NCBI GenBank assembly: GCA_000934665.2 | Contig: JYFJ02003416.1 | Location: 1-41,988 of the forward strand | DNA from: Catajapyx aquilonaris | Taxonomy: Eukaryota | Direction of reading: 5' to 3' | Length of the DNA: 41,988 nt | Shown: positions 1-11,836 of the stretch, piece by piece | How the letters are laid out: every line of letters starts with the position of its first letter | Position numbering within the stretch: position 1 is the stretch's first letter | Made by a program: the position numbers and the translations under genes | The notes under the pieces: generated by a model | Databases searched by the model: none | What the model was told of the DNA's origin: nothing | The model's input: the letters and a program-made list of their open reading frames with translations, nothing else

Positions 1-1099
1 TTTGCGGAAGATATATCAGTCTTAAAATTTTGAAATAAATCTACACGTGATCCCAACACTGTTTACAAGCGTAATACGTGGAATTATTAATTTAAAACTA
101 AAAAATTAAAAATCGTAAAATGCAAAAGTTGGTACCCCTGCAGTTCAGTGCAGCACCATGGTGCTAGAATCACCGGGGTCCTTGCGGTGAGCTGGATTTT
201 TACCTGGACACCATGTTTGGGCTTGAGTAAACTTGGTGTGAAACAGTGGCACAGAAGGAATGAAGCTGGTGGCCTAACCTCCAGTTGCTCTACATTTTTA
301 AAACGTATACAGTATACAGTATACAGTATGTTAGTTGCATGCATGTTTTCATATCATTGATTTCATAATCACCCATTCCATTATATATTTTGCATGGCCT
401 GACCAGTCACCAAAAGATTTTATTGCATTGGTCAATTGAGATAGCTAGACACTAGTCCAGCGGTTCTCAAACTGTGGGGCGCTGATTAGGTAAGAACTAC
501 TTCTCAGGGCTTACTGTAGCGTGCAGTTCTACACAATTCGTGCAGTTCTAAAAGCCAAATGTGCAGTTCTGAATAAGGATTTGTGCAGTCAGATAATAGC
601 AGACAAGTCCGTTATATCCAGATTCAACTGCGCTTGGACATTGGCACTGCTGGAAATATGAAGGGACAGATCTTTCTACTTGCTTACATCTGATGTGCTT
701 ACAGTATAGGAGGATTCCACTGTACAGGGTGGGCGAAAAGTCCCAGGACACCTGGCTTTTTTTGCCTGCAAAACAAATCTGTGCATGGAAAATGTGTCGG
801 GGATGCTGGTGTGACATATTCTGGACACTTACGGAACTGTTTGATGAGGGGAGACATCTGGGGACCCCCAACAACACCCACAGTAAGTTAACACTGTTAA
901 CAGTGCAAGATGGCGGATACGAGCAGGTTCACTGCGGAGGAGAGACTTGTGGCTACTGTGTGGGTCCACGGGAGGCCTCATATGGGGAAAGTACATAACA
1001 CACATCATGCAGGATATCAGGGCTCCTTTCGGTAAGGTGCCACCGAGAAGAAGTAACTTGTTCAAGTGGGAGAAAAAACCATTCAGCATGGGAAATGTG

Positions 1100-1257
1100 A
1101 TGCAATCATATCGAGTATGGTACCATATAGTAAAGGCCAAACCTTTGCGCAGGGCACCTTCTTCGTGATTTTTCCGATTAACGGTACGTTTCGCTACAAA
1201 AATGTAAAATTCCCTCAAAAATGCACCTACCGTATTTTTACTAATGCGCCGCCTTAA
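1100..1257 (-). mobile_element. Truncated copy (one end) of the TTAA-flanked Kolobok-like MITE at 41437-41940
   Basis: Close reverse complement of about 41433-41583, ending ...tttttactaatgcgccgcc|ttaa. Confidence 0.75.
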
Positions 1258-1506
1258 CCTTAACGTGGTGGTGGGCCTTGAGTTCTCCAGCGACCCCACA
1301 GCTGCCTGCTGGCACAGTCATCCAGGCCAGGTTTGCCATTTTGGGGTTGGGGAATGACTAAGAGAGGTTCCGGTCTTTCAAAGCTATTCTACATTTACTG
1401 CACAGCCTTCAATTTTTCCATACTTTTGCTGGATTTTTAAGGCGTATTGTGTACTCTCTTACAATCTGACATCCGCAGTTTTGAGTTTGGACTTCATGCA
1501 CATGCA

Positions 1507-1770
1507 ATATCGTCGGCCGGCGATCAACACCTCGTAACTCCATTTTGCGCGAAAATGGACTTACGTACCTCGTAAGTCCCTTTGCACAACTTTGCAACGG
1601 TGTACATGAATTCAACATCATCCTCATGAAAGGTAAGGTTTACGTTATGCTATACTGTAGGAATAATTGTCAGCATGAACAGAAAACATGATGTTACAAA
1701 ATGCTTTTTGTCCCACCTGTAAAATTTGGTCTTGAGGAGTTACGAGGTTTTGATCGCCGGCCGATGATAT
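1507..1770. mobile_element. MITE with ~35-bp terminal inverted repeats
   Basis: Left atatcgtcggccggcgatcaacacctcgtaactc and right gagttacgaggttttgatcgccggccgatgatat. TA/AT boundaries. Confidence 0.7.
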
Positions 1771-1847
1771 GCTCCATGTTACAGGTATGCCAACATTGTA
1801 TAGCCATAATTATTTCAAAGGTTACTACCAAATCAATGACTTACACC

Positions 1848-2122
1848 CAAAGAGTTCTGCTATATTATATATACACCTAGAGGAGGTACTCGGCCTGAAA
1901 TGTGAGGCAGGCAACAATATGACCTCCAACAAGATGGCGGACGCCTGACATTATTGAACTAATTGTCGCCCAGTTGTCATTATTGGTTGTTGTCCCAGTT
2001 GCTAGACAACTGTTAGAACAACAATATGACCTCCAACAAGATGGCGGCTGCCTCAGCCTGTCCAATGGAAAAGGATAGGGAGTACCTCCTCTAGGTATTA
2101 TATTATATAGCAGAACTCTTTG
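1848..2122. mobile_element. MITE with 8-bp TSD (P-element- or hAT-type)
   Basis: TIRs caaagagttctgctatat...cctagaggaggtactc and gagtacctcctctagg...atatagcagaactctttg. Perfect TSD CTTACACC at 1840-1847 and 2123-2130. Internal direct repeat acaatatgacctccaacaagatggcgg x2. Confidence 0.85.
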
Positions 2123-2151
2123 CTTACACCTACATGGAAAAGTATTTCATA

Positions 2152-2179
2152 ACCCGAGCAACGCCAGGTATCCTGCTAG
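2152..2179 (+). mobile_element. Helitron 3' terminus (GC-rich hairpin + CTAG)
   Basis: acccgagc-aac-gccaggt hairpin followed by atcctgCTAG|T, the typical Helitron 3' signature. The 5' end was not located. Confidence 0.6.
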
Positions 2180-2282
2180 TTTACAATATTTAACTAAAGC
2201 AAAACAAACAAATGGGTAGAACATTACAGTATTTCATGAGAAAATATAGATTTATTGCTGGAGTGGGACAGTAGATAACCTC

Positions 2283-2326
2283 AGGATTTGGATAATCCAA
2301 GGTCGGATATTCGGGGTTCTACTCTA
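2283..2326 (-). mobile_element. Possible pogo/Tigger-like TIR remnant
   Basis: Reverse complement tagagtagaaccccgaatatccgaccttggattatcc. A similar end lies at 39515-39554 (tacactgtactcccgattatccaggtgtggattatcc). Confidence 0.35.
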
Positions 2327-4296
2327 TGTGCAATAAATAAAATCCTCGGTAAGGACAGTGGTATTCTTGATAGCATTTTCATCTGTCAAGGCAAATTAAC
2401 CTCACTCATACTTTTGCTGGTGCTGTCTATTTGCCACTGTAAAACTATTCATATGTCAGTCACTTATCCATTCAAAAATTGCACATTTTGCACCATAATG
2501 GACAAATCATGTTATAGTGTAAATTGTATGCATTTAGCTGTCCCCAATTATCTGTACTAATTGGAACCATAGGAGTTCAAGTAATGTGTGGGTAATACAC
2601 AAGTTAATACTGGAAGGGAGTAGGAGTGTTTAAAATTACATGTTACAAGAAATAGAAGCACACTGTGAATTCAAAATTGGGTTTATTCATCGATACTGTA
2701 ACTATGTCCCCTTCAGTTCTTGCGTGGACGCTGTAACTCACTGGCAAAGAAAACACTGATGGAAGTGGTCAGGAAAATCCACAACATGTCTGAGTGTGCA
2801 GCACAAATCCATAAATAGTGGTTAATCACATCGTGTGTGGATATTCCGATAAAAACAGAATCTGGATAATTGAAGTCCAGATGATCAAGGCTGTGTTGAC
2901 AGTTATGTTGACTTTTCCTATCAGTGATGCTTTGTGTCTTTTTACTGGCAGGGTAATTCCACTGCAATTGATACCTTTAGAAAAGAGGCAGAAATAAGTG
3001 TAATCCTAGCAAAATAAAAGGTGAGCAAAAGTATTCCACTTCATCATACTCTAGTACAGTACTCTGAGGACACGCAGGTATGCCATGATTTGGAAACTTC
3101 ATATTAATTTCCTTCAATGGATGGACATCTGCAATTGCTAGAACAGCTAAAAAGGTGGGGTATTCAGTTGGTAATAACAAGCAAAACCTTGCCAGTTGCC
3201 AACTGCTTGTGTTTCAAGGCATCATTACCGTCGTCATCATCATCTCTATCCACTTGATATTGGACTACTGGCCTAGCATGTAAGTTAACTAAATATTACA
3301 TGCATAGCCTAAATGCTGGCATACCATATCCTTTGTGCCACAGAGCATGTGTCGTACCGAAAGTTATGTTGCGGTGGCATTACACGCCTCAATACTAGCC
3401 ATAAATCAGAAATAAAGATCATTCAATTTAATTCAAAAGAAAATGTACTAAATATCCCATTGATTGGGATAAGCTATAATGGGACAAGCTACTGAATGTA
3501 ACTTATATTTTTCTTTCCATTTACCCCCCTATAACGACTTACAGTTGTATCACGGGGTTTAAAAAAAAATAATAATAATAAATCTGTCCATTTGAAATCA
3601 ATAAAATGCTCTCAGATTTGAACTACTACATATGTGATGTGTTACAAAATTTCTTTCCTAAAGGAACCAATATCTGCGGAATTACCCAATAATGAAAGCG
3701 AACAAATATGCATGAAAGAAGTGTCAATAATAAAAGCAAGGCATCTTGAATGAGGAAATCCTATTGTTAAATTTATACTGTATGCCAGTCCAGTCAAAAA
3801 ACAAATGCAAACCAGACTACTGAAGTAGCAACACACACGAGGCCAAGCTTGCTGCAAAAGAAGACTGTGTAGAAGATATGCCATTTCATCCATGCATACA
3901 TATTTACATTTGCAATAAATGAGTAAAAAATATGAATTATTATTTACTTCTCTTTGACAACACTAGAATTGATAACACTCACACCTTCATGCTCCTAATA
4001 AAATTTTTGAATGACAGACAAAGTAAAATTACTTCATATAAACTGCATCAACTTCCACACATTTAATCAACACAATAATATTCATAACAATCAACATGTT
4101 ACTGACCAAATTAGGCAAGTTTTTTCATAGAGAAAACTATAAACCTTCTCAATATATCTCTACTACGTTGCAGACTAGGCTCCAGTTCCCTATTAACATC
4201 TATCTATCACATATCCCCCATGGAAAAAGAAACATACTAAAACAAACAAAGTACCCTGCTGTTTCCATGTATTGATGGTGGCAAAAATTCAGCTTC

Positions 4297-4646
4297 TTAA
4301 ATGTCACCTTTGAAGGCCGAGTCTTCTTCTGAGCCTGAAGATTGATTGCCAAGAGTACTACTAGTTTTCACCTGCTTTCTCTTGAGATTCCCGTGAACCG
4401 TCTGAATGTGCAACTGCAGGCTGGGGTTCCTTGTGAAGCGATGGTAGCAAACAGGGCATACAAACTTTGGCAGCACGCCACATTCATATCTCAGGTGACG
4501 TGCAAGTGACTTCTTCAACTGGTAAACTCGACTACACTTTGGGCATCTGAATTCCTGACCTGTGGCCTCTGATAAAGATGCAGTGATTGTCAATGATTCT
4601 GCATGTTGATCAGATTTTGAAACCAGAAGGGGCGAGTTCCAGTATT
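4297..4646 (-). CDS. lola: lola-like alternative terminal exon ZF-1 (CCHC+C2H2)
   Basis: Acceptor ttttgttttgtttcag|AA TAC TGG (phase 1). Encodes ...FRCPKCSRVYQLKKSLARHLRYECGVLPKFVCPVCYHRFTRNPSLQLHIQTVH..., stop TAA at 4297-4299. Confidence 0.88.
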
Positions 4647-5214
4647 CTGAAACAAAACAAAATATGCAACATTAAGATGCTGCTGCCAAACTGCTTACTA
4701 GTACTGGCAATAGAAGACAAATCAAAAGATTAAAAGGCCATGCAATGCATGCAAATGTCTAACACAGAGTTGACACAATGTGCTTGTGTATTTTTGTTGA
4801 GCACCCAAAATAAATTTCCCAATATAAGTAATGTCCAGACAGAGAGTTGGAACATAACGACAATGTTTGGAGGCTTCACTTAGCAGAAAAAAAGGGAGGA
4901 TTAATTGTAAAGCTACCACAACTGGCTATAAAACTACAAAAAATCATACTTGAAAGCAGGCTACCAAAAAGTTGTATTTCTAACACATTCTGACCCATTT
5001 TGCATAGAAGTATTATTTAAAAAAACATTGGCATTAAAAAGCTGCCTGAAGAAGAAAGCAGAAGCAAGAAAAAGTCACCTTGTTTCATACAGCATTATCT
5101 GGGGGGAGGGGGGGGGGGGGGAATCCTACTAAAAAGGATAGCAAGGAAGGTTTGTTGAAATATTACAACACATATACCTGCCTTTCAAGAATTTGCATAC
5201 ATGACTTTGTGTGT

Positions 5215-5220
5215 TTTATT
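5215..5220 (-). terminator. Candidate polyadenylation signal (AATAAA) for exon ZF-2
   Basis: Plus-strand tttatt at 5215-5220 is AATAAA on the minus strand, about 12 nt after the ZF-2 stop and upstream of the ZF-1 acceptor. Confidence 0.4.
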
Positions 5221-5232
5221 ATATTCCATGCC

Positions 5233-5480
5233 TCAAACGACGCCATGAACTTCAGCGTGCTTTCTTAAGTGATGGAAATGCTTAAATTTCTTTCCACACA
5301 CATAGCATTGGAACTTGGGCCCAACACCACACTCGAATCTCTGATGCCTAACCAAGGTGTTTTTGTGCTCATAATTGCGGCCACATTTCTTGCAGATGAA
5401 ACGTGGGCCCGATGGGACAAATATCTGGGACACATCCATTAATTCATCATTCATGTTCACTGGAGATGCACCTTCACATC
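5233..5480 (-). CDS. lola: lola-like alternative terminal exon ZF-2
   Basis: Acceptor tttttttgttttccag|GA TGT (phase 1). Encodes FICKKCGRNYEHKNTLVRHQRFECGVGPKFQCYVCGKKFKHFHHLRKHAEVH. AATAAA follows the stop. Confidence 0.9.
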
Positions 5481-5819
5481 CTGGAAAACAAAAAAAATAT
5501 GAAATGTTCAGATTCTTTTCCTTCATGTCAACACTATCAGGTTCATGGGACATAATTGATGAAGTGTCTCACAGTTAGCATTACATAATCATCATGCTTC
5601 TGATTCCTGGTAAAATAGCTTCAAGTGTTTTTTTCACATCTCAGTTATTCTTACCCTGGAAAGAATGACTACTACTCTGTCATACACCATAGGCAGCTTA
5701 GCATAATACCTAACATAGTTCCTAGATTGCATCCAAAACGCACTGTTTTGAATCCATTCTAGTTTTTTGCTGCTTCTTTTTACCCCATCCTTAATCAACA
5801 CCCAGTGCTACTATAATGT

Positions 5820-5891
5820 TACTAAAAATATTACTGAGATATCTACTGAAATATTGATGAAATATCTACTAAAAATATTAATGAAATATCT
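5820..5891. repeat. Short tandem repeat, ~24-bp unit x3
   Basis: tactaaaaatattactgagatatc / tactgaaatattgatgaaatatc / tactaaaaatattaatgaaatatc. Confidence 0.7.
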
Positions 5892-7114
5892 CCCCTAAGT
5901 AGAACCTGTCTTAACATTGTGGGGAGATATCTTAGTCACCAACAATCTTTTTAAGATAACACAAATACCCTTTTTGGCTTCTACAACCCCATCCAGTACC
6001 TGCTCTGGTGCCATAAGACCATAACAGTCTATATTCCACTCATCAGTAACTAAAACAGCATTATGATTTAGGTGTTTGTATTCACCACTTAGGAAGTACA
6101 GCTCCAAGTAATTGTTATGCTTGCAATCATTTCAGAAAAAAACTGAATTATATTTCCATACTGCCAAAGCAGCTGGAACCTTCATGTCACTGGCTTGGGT
6201 AGGACAGATATTCGCAACACAAAGTTGTCGAAGCATTTGCTACGTGGTGCATGGAATCTCAATAAATGAAACCCTTTTGGTTGCCAACAACTTTTCTCGT
6301 CTCACTTTTATTGATAAATACGACAACCTGCAGTTGCAGCCCCCTACATGGTACAATGCAGGAAAATACTGATGATTTGAAAAGCTCTCCAAGCATCTGC
6401 AACAATATGCAACAATGGGATATCTTTTGATGAGGGGGAGTCTTGCAGCATATTTTATCTTTTTTTTGCATGCAGGACACAACTCACTACAAGGTTATGT
6501 ACTTTTTTTTTGCCATTCTAATGGGGGTTACTTACATAGTAAACCTACACATCTGCTCACAACAGACACCTTCGCTTACGACTGAGTTAAAACATATTTT
6601 CCCCCATTCTTCGAAAAAACAAAGAGAGCAGAGAGTTGTTTTCCTTTTCAATCATGTAACATGAGATCTAACACTACATCTGAGTTTTGTCATGTACTTT
6701 GTGACTAGTTGTTTTCAGAGTTGAGCCCTGAGGCTACAAAAAAGATTAACTCTACAGATTAAGTCTTAATCCACACAAATCAGTCTGCATGTCAAAAATA
6801 TTAACATAACACTAAACAAAACTGAGAAGATGAGGTTAACATAACTTAGGTACTGGTACTTAAATTAAGATTTTAAAAATGTGTTGCAGTATTCTCCACC
6901 ACAACACCAACGAACTTACAAAAAAATATATTGTTAATACTGCTCACACTCGCATGCAAAATGCCTTTTGCAAAAACACAGGAAGTAAGTCTCCCTCACT
7001 TTCACCATTTAATGCTAGGGAGGAAAACCATAACTGGGAAAATGGCAATTGGCTGGGGGAGGGAAGATAATATTTCCTGCACGGTTTTTCTGAATCTGTT
7101 TTTCATGGATTTGT

Positions 7115-7371
7115 TCACTTGAGATGAGTTTTGAGGTGCTCTTTCAAATGGTGGCGGTGCCTGAACTTTCTGCGGCACAGCTCGCACTCGTACTGTGGCC
7201 GTACTCCGCACTCTAATCGGCGGTGCCGCAAGAGGTTAGACTTGTGGGAATAGAGGCGGCCACAGGTGGGGCACGAGTATGGTGGGGCTCCGGTACCCCC
7301 TACCACCAAGCCTTGCTGATGGGGAAGCGCTGAGAAGTGGAGGAGGACTTGATCGGGGATCAGAAGTGGAT
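7115..7371 (-). CDS. lola: lola-like alternative terminal exon ZF-3
   Basis: Acceptor ttcttctctgtcttccag|AT CCA (phase 1). Encodes YSCPTCGRLYSHKSNLLRHRRLECGVRPQYECELCRRKFRHRHHLKEHLKTH. Confidence 0.9.
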
Positions 7372-8283
7372 CTGGAAGACAGAGAAGAATAGATGGGCAA
7401 CAAAGTCCAGTTGCCAACACCCAAAAGCTAACCTCTTTTGTGGTCATACAACGCCTGACACCTATCACAGGAGAAACTACTCACAAACTACTACCGTTTT
7501 GCTCCTGGTGAAACATGTTTTGGGAAGAGAGGTTTTTCATCCTCCATGACAGGCCCCATAGCACACTGTGTCAAGGTCAAGTCATAAGGCAGAGACAAGT
7601 GTTCAAGTCTTCTACTCAGTCTTTATTGATAAATTTCTCTTCTCAGTTCAATCAGCATTATTTTAACTAGCACAATTAGTCTATTACCTACATGTAAATT
7701 TGCATACATTTATGAGTGATAGGTTCATCTTCAGGAGAAGGAAAGAAATACATTTCAATTGTACCTCTGTAAATTGAACTGCAATTACTCACAAAATAGG
7801 CAAAAAAATTACTTGATAATGCTTGCAGTTAAAGAAGGTACTTGCATCGTTATGGCTGTCCTCATGGCATATCTTACACACAGATGTTCAATTCCTTAAG
7901 AGGTAAATCACAAAATATATCAAAATACTGTCATATTTAAAAACAAACAAGGAGTAACTCTTACAACCCACATAATCCATCATTTGTTCAGGAAGCACCT
8001 GTGAGAACCTTCAAACATCAAGTTACTCTTACATTAGTATACTACTCCATTAATATTATCCATAGCACTTTCTCAAGCATGAGCAATGGTAAATATCTGG
8101 TCAGCACCTGATAGATCAAGGAGTTGCGGAGGACAGATCAGTTTTCCTTACTCAAGTTAGTGTGGCAAAAAATCACTACAAATCTAACTCAAGCACCAAG
8201 AAAGCAAATCTTATGCTAAAAATGAACAACACGGAAATTTTCTCCCATGAAATATAACAAAAATCCTCCTTTCATTTTGTAAT

Positions 8284-8630
8284 CTATTTGGGATCATGCT
8301 TTTCGTGCCAGATGAGATGAGTCTTCAGATTGAAATTGTGCGTGAATTTTCGCGGGCAGCGGTCACAGCAGAAGCGCGGCTCCACGCCACACTCGTACCG
8401 CCGGTGCCTCAAGAGTGTCCCTTTGCAGGAGTAGGCCTTGTTGCAGCGGGGGCAGCGATAGATTTGGTCCAGAAGCCCTGTCGAGGAGGGGCACAGGTGG
8501 TGGTGGTGATGGTGGGTAGTGGTTGTGATGATGGTTGTACTTGTGGGGTGATTGGCAAGTAGGGGCAGAGTGGAGCCCAGCACCCCCACCCTCGCCAGGG
8601 CCGCCGACAGCTGCTCGAGGCTGCCCGCCC
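8284..8630 (-). CDS. lola: lola-like alternative terminal exon ZF-4 (poly-Thr/His linker)
   Basis: Acceptor ccctcctgtctcgttgcag|GG GCG (phase 1). Encodes YRCPRCNKAYSCKGTLLRHRRYECGVEPRFCCDRCPRKFTHNFNLKTHLIWH. Confidence 0.9.
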
Positions 8631-9554
8631 CTGCAACGAGACAGGAGGGCAAAGTTCCGCAATCTTTCTCTCTTCAAGAGGGACTCTAGTACTGCACTGC
8701 TTTTCAGCACGCACGATAATCATGAACCCATCCACTAGGTTGTTAGTACGGGGCACATAAGATTTCTAAAATGTGCCGGTGGCAAACACTCATCTAGTCT
8801 TTTACATTTTTATTTCCATTTAGCATACAAAATATATACAGAAAACCAACACCCAAAAACCAAGGCAGCCACTAACACATTGCATATTTCAAATATTTCA
8901 AATTTCACAGAGCTATAAAAACATTACTATAATGTTTTAAAAATATATGCATACTGTGCTAGTTTTATTTCTCAAGGAAGTGGTCGTAGAGGAGCTAGAT
9001 TAATTCTGGTTACAATTTTGCCCAAGGCCATTTGTCCATACCAAAATGATGATGCAATGTGGAGAGAAAACTTCAATTGATATCATTTTGCAATAGTCAT
9101 GAGTAACAAAAAATAGATCATAAGCTATATATACTTCAATGTTAGTTTAATGTAAATCAGCATTGCACCATTATAGAGTGTTGTTAGCAACCAAAATGAC
9201 CTGTCCCATTGACCTAAAATAACAGTCCTTGTACTGCACTTCCACAATAATAACAGAATAGATTTGGGGCTCCCAGTCTCACAGCCTATTATTTAATTTT
9301 GGTCTGTCTTTCATCAGTGTAATAGTTATTCTTGTCTGAATAATTACCTAACATTGCACTCAGCCACTGAAAAATAGCCACAAACAAGGGTCATCCACAG
9401 GCTGATTTCCTATGATTTGGTTGAATATCATGTCAAAGAAGGTGCATTGTAGTCTGAATATGCATTGGTGAAGGCCGTAAGATGTCCATACACATCCAGT
9501 AGTGAGTTAAACCAAGTTGGGGCCAAAAGCCCCCAATGGCTGGCCAGCTAAGTA

Positions 9555-10310
9555 TTAGCATATCCGGAAAGTAAGGTCAGTTATATATTTTAAAAGCAGC
9601 AATGCGTCCCTAAAATTTTTATTTACACATCTGAAATCTACAACTGTCTACTTTTTTTCCAAAATAGTTTCTAAACAAATCGATGCATTTTTCAGTGAGT
9701 TACACAAGATTTTGTGGACCTATGTCATAGAGTCTGCCGCCAGCCATTTCCGCTATCCCTGAACGCTGGATTGCAACTCATCATCGTCAACCTTCTGCTA
9801 TGCAAGCCATTTCTCCCTGTCCATGAACAGGTGGTAATTGCTAGGCTCTAAATCCCGGGTGATCAAACAATTCGCACTGGAATTATTGTGTAGCGGCATG
9901 TTGAGTTCCTGGTGTTTTTCTTGCGCGACAATGCCCGCCTGCCTACTGCCTGTGCTTGCTTACTGGAAGGAACCCTGCCACAACAATTCAAGTGCACATT
10001 GTTCGATCACCCAGGATTTAGATCCTAGCACCTGTCCATGGACAGGAAGAAATGGCTTGCGTAGCAGAAGGTTGACGATGACAAGGAGTTGCAATCCAGC
10101 GTTCAGGAATAGCGGAAATGGCGTGCGGCAGACTCTATGACATACGCCCACAAAATCTTGTGTAACTCAATGAAAAATGCCTCGATTTGTTTGGAAACTA
10201 TTATGAAAAAAAAGTAGACAGTTGTCGATTTCAGATGTGTAAATAAAAATTTTGGGAATACATAGCGGTTTTTAAAATAAATAACGGACCTTACCTTCTG
10301 GATACGCTAA
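9555..10310. mobile_element. Palindromic (foldback) mariner derivative built from two 3' transposase ends
   Basis: ~340-bp inverted arms, TA at 9553-54 and 10311-12. Right arm translates (degenerate) as LFDHP..DLDPS..KKWLA*QKVDDDKELQSSVQE*..YD..EKCLDLFGNYYEK, the mariner C-terminus with a YSPDLAPSD motif remnant. Confidence 0.85.
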
Positions 10311-11480
10311 TACCTGCTCACTGAGCAAACTCGCAGACAAGGTCTGGTAACAGTGTATAAGACACATGAGGATTAACTTTTAATAAAATGCATCCAAATA
10401 ACATTTAATGTTGTAACATTTCACTGCATCATAGGTGTTGATTGCAATGATGTCATTATCAGTATAGTGCAGGGAGTAAAAATTAGAATATAAATTATGA
10501 TCTTGTGACCAGAAATATTTTCATCTGGCTGAACCTTCATGTGATATGTTATACTTGCATTCATGGTAGTAGTTGTTCATGTCACAAAAAGTGATGCGGG
10601 AAAAGTTAATGTCCAAGTCAATAAATTATGAAAGAACACGTACTACCCTTATTAATGTAATGATCAATGCTCAATAAAATTATTCCCATAGGCCTATGTG
10701 TGTGCACATACTTGCAATGATATAGGCATTAAATAATATCTCTCTTTTGGTCCACCCAACGTATTTTAGAGAGAAAGTAACCTATAAAATGCATCACAGT
10801 GTGCAGTGCAAAGGTTAACAATAAAAACAGTGCATGTAAAGTGCAAGTGCTAATGTGTGTGGTTTGTAAAACTAAACGTTGCAGTCACCAGAAACAAAAG
10901 GCCAGGGGTGGAAGAAAAATTTCCCAGCTCTGTTGGCTCTGACCTGTAAACTTCTGCTTAGTGTTTCATCCCCTCGTCTACCAGACCTCATCTGGCACTT
11001 AGCATGCTGGCTGTTGTGGCTTTTGTCCTTGTTTTTGCTTGTAACTTTAAAAAGGCATGAGCTTGGACACCTATGGCTCTCACCAACGTGTTTTCGGCCT
11101 GCAATGCACTTCTTACGTAATTTTCATCCAAACTGGAAATCACCCTGTCCCTTGCAAGAGCGAAAATTCACATTCACTATTCTGAAAAACTAAAAAAAAT
11201 GGGTGTACACAGTTACTATTGACAAATCAGCAACACTTTAAAAAACTGTGTCTGCAATGTACACCAGAAGTATTATGCTTCTAATTTAGAAAGGTGTGCT
11301 TTCCGTGCAATTATACCATGTAATATGCCTGAAAAAGAGTTCATGTTAATGGCTGGATTCCCCCCCCCCCCCCCCCNCCCCAACCACCCAAAACCACACT
11401 ACCTTCCCTTCCCTTGGTCCATGTTGTGTGATCAGCAACAAAAACACTAGCTTTGAGAAATAAACTCGTGAAAACGACGC

Positions 11481-11836
11481 TCATGTAGTGGGTGGCATTT
11501 GGTGGTGACAAGTAGACAAGTGTCTCTGCAGGCTGTACTTGTAATGAAAAGCGTGACCGCACAAATGGCAAGTGTACTGTGGTGTCTTCCCGCACTCATA
11601 CTTCTGATGTCGATATAGACTTTGCTGCTGTTGGTAAAGCCGTCCACACTGGCAGGCAAAGCTTTGCTGCTGCATATTGGCCACCATGTTGGTGAACAGG
11701 TTGGGATCTTGGCTAACAATGCTCGAGTGGGTGGCGATGGGCATGGTGGAGGCATGATGGCCATGGGCCGCTGCTACCAGGAAGGAGTTGGTGGTGTCTA
11801 GGAGCTTGGTTCCCAGGTTCAAGGATGCTAAGGACC
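11481..11836 (-). CDS. lola: lola-like alternative terminal exon ZF-5 (CxC first finger)
   Basis: Acceptor after a ~70-nt pyrimidine tract, ...ctcccttgcag|GG TCC (phase 1). Encodes FACQCGRLYQQQQSLYRHQKYECGKTPQYTCHLCGHAFHYKYSLQRHLSTCH. Confidence 0.88.

Noticed and set aside
458..500. hAT-like TIR start CAGCGGTTCTCAAAC
   Set aside because: No convincing partner TIR or TSD. Too short to call.
723..885. TACAGGGTG Tc1/mariner-like terminus
   Set aside because: Could not identify a matching right TIR.
6240..6482. ORF starting MCPACKKK with a later CCRC
   Set aside because: No His ligands at finger spacing, no ECG linker and no convincing acceptor.
11360..11381. Poly-C run containing an N
   Set aside because: Homopolymer with an ambiguous base call. 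Not biologically informative.
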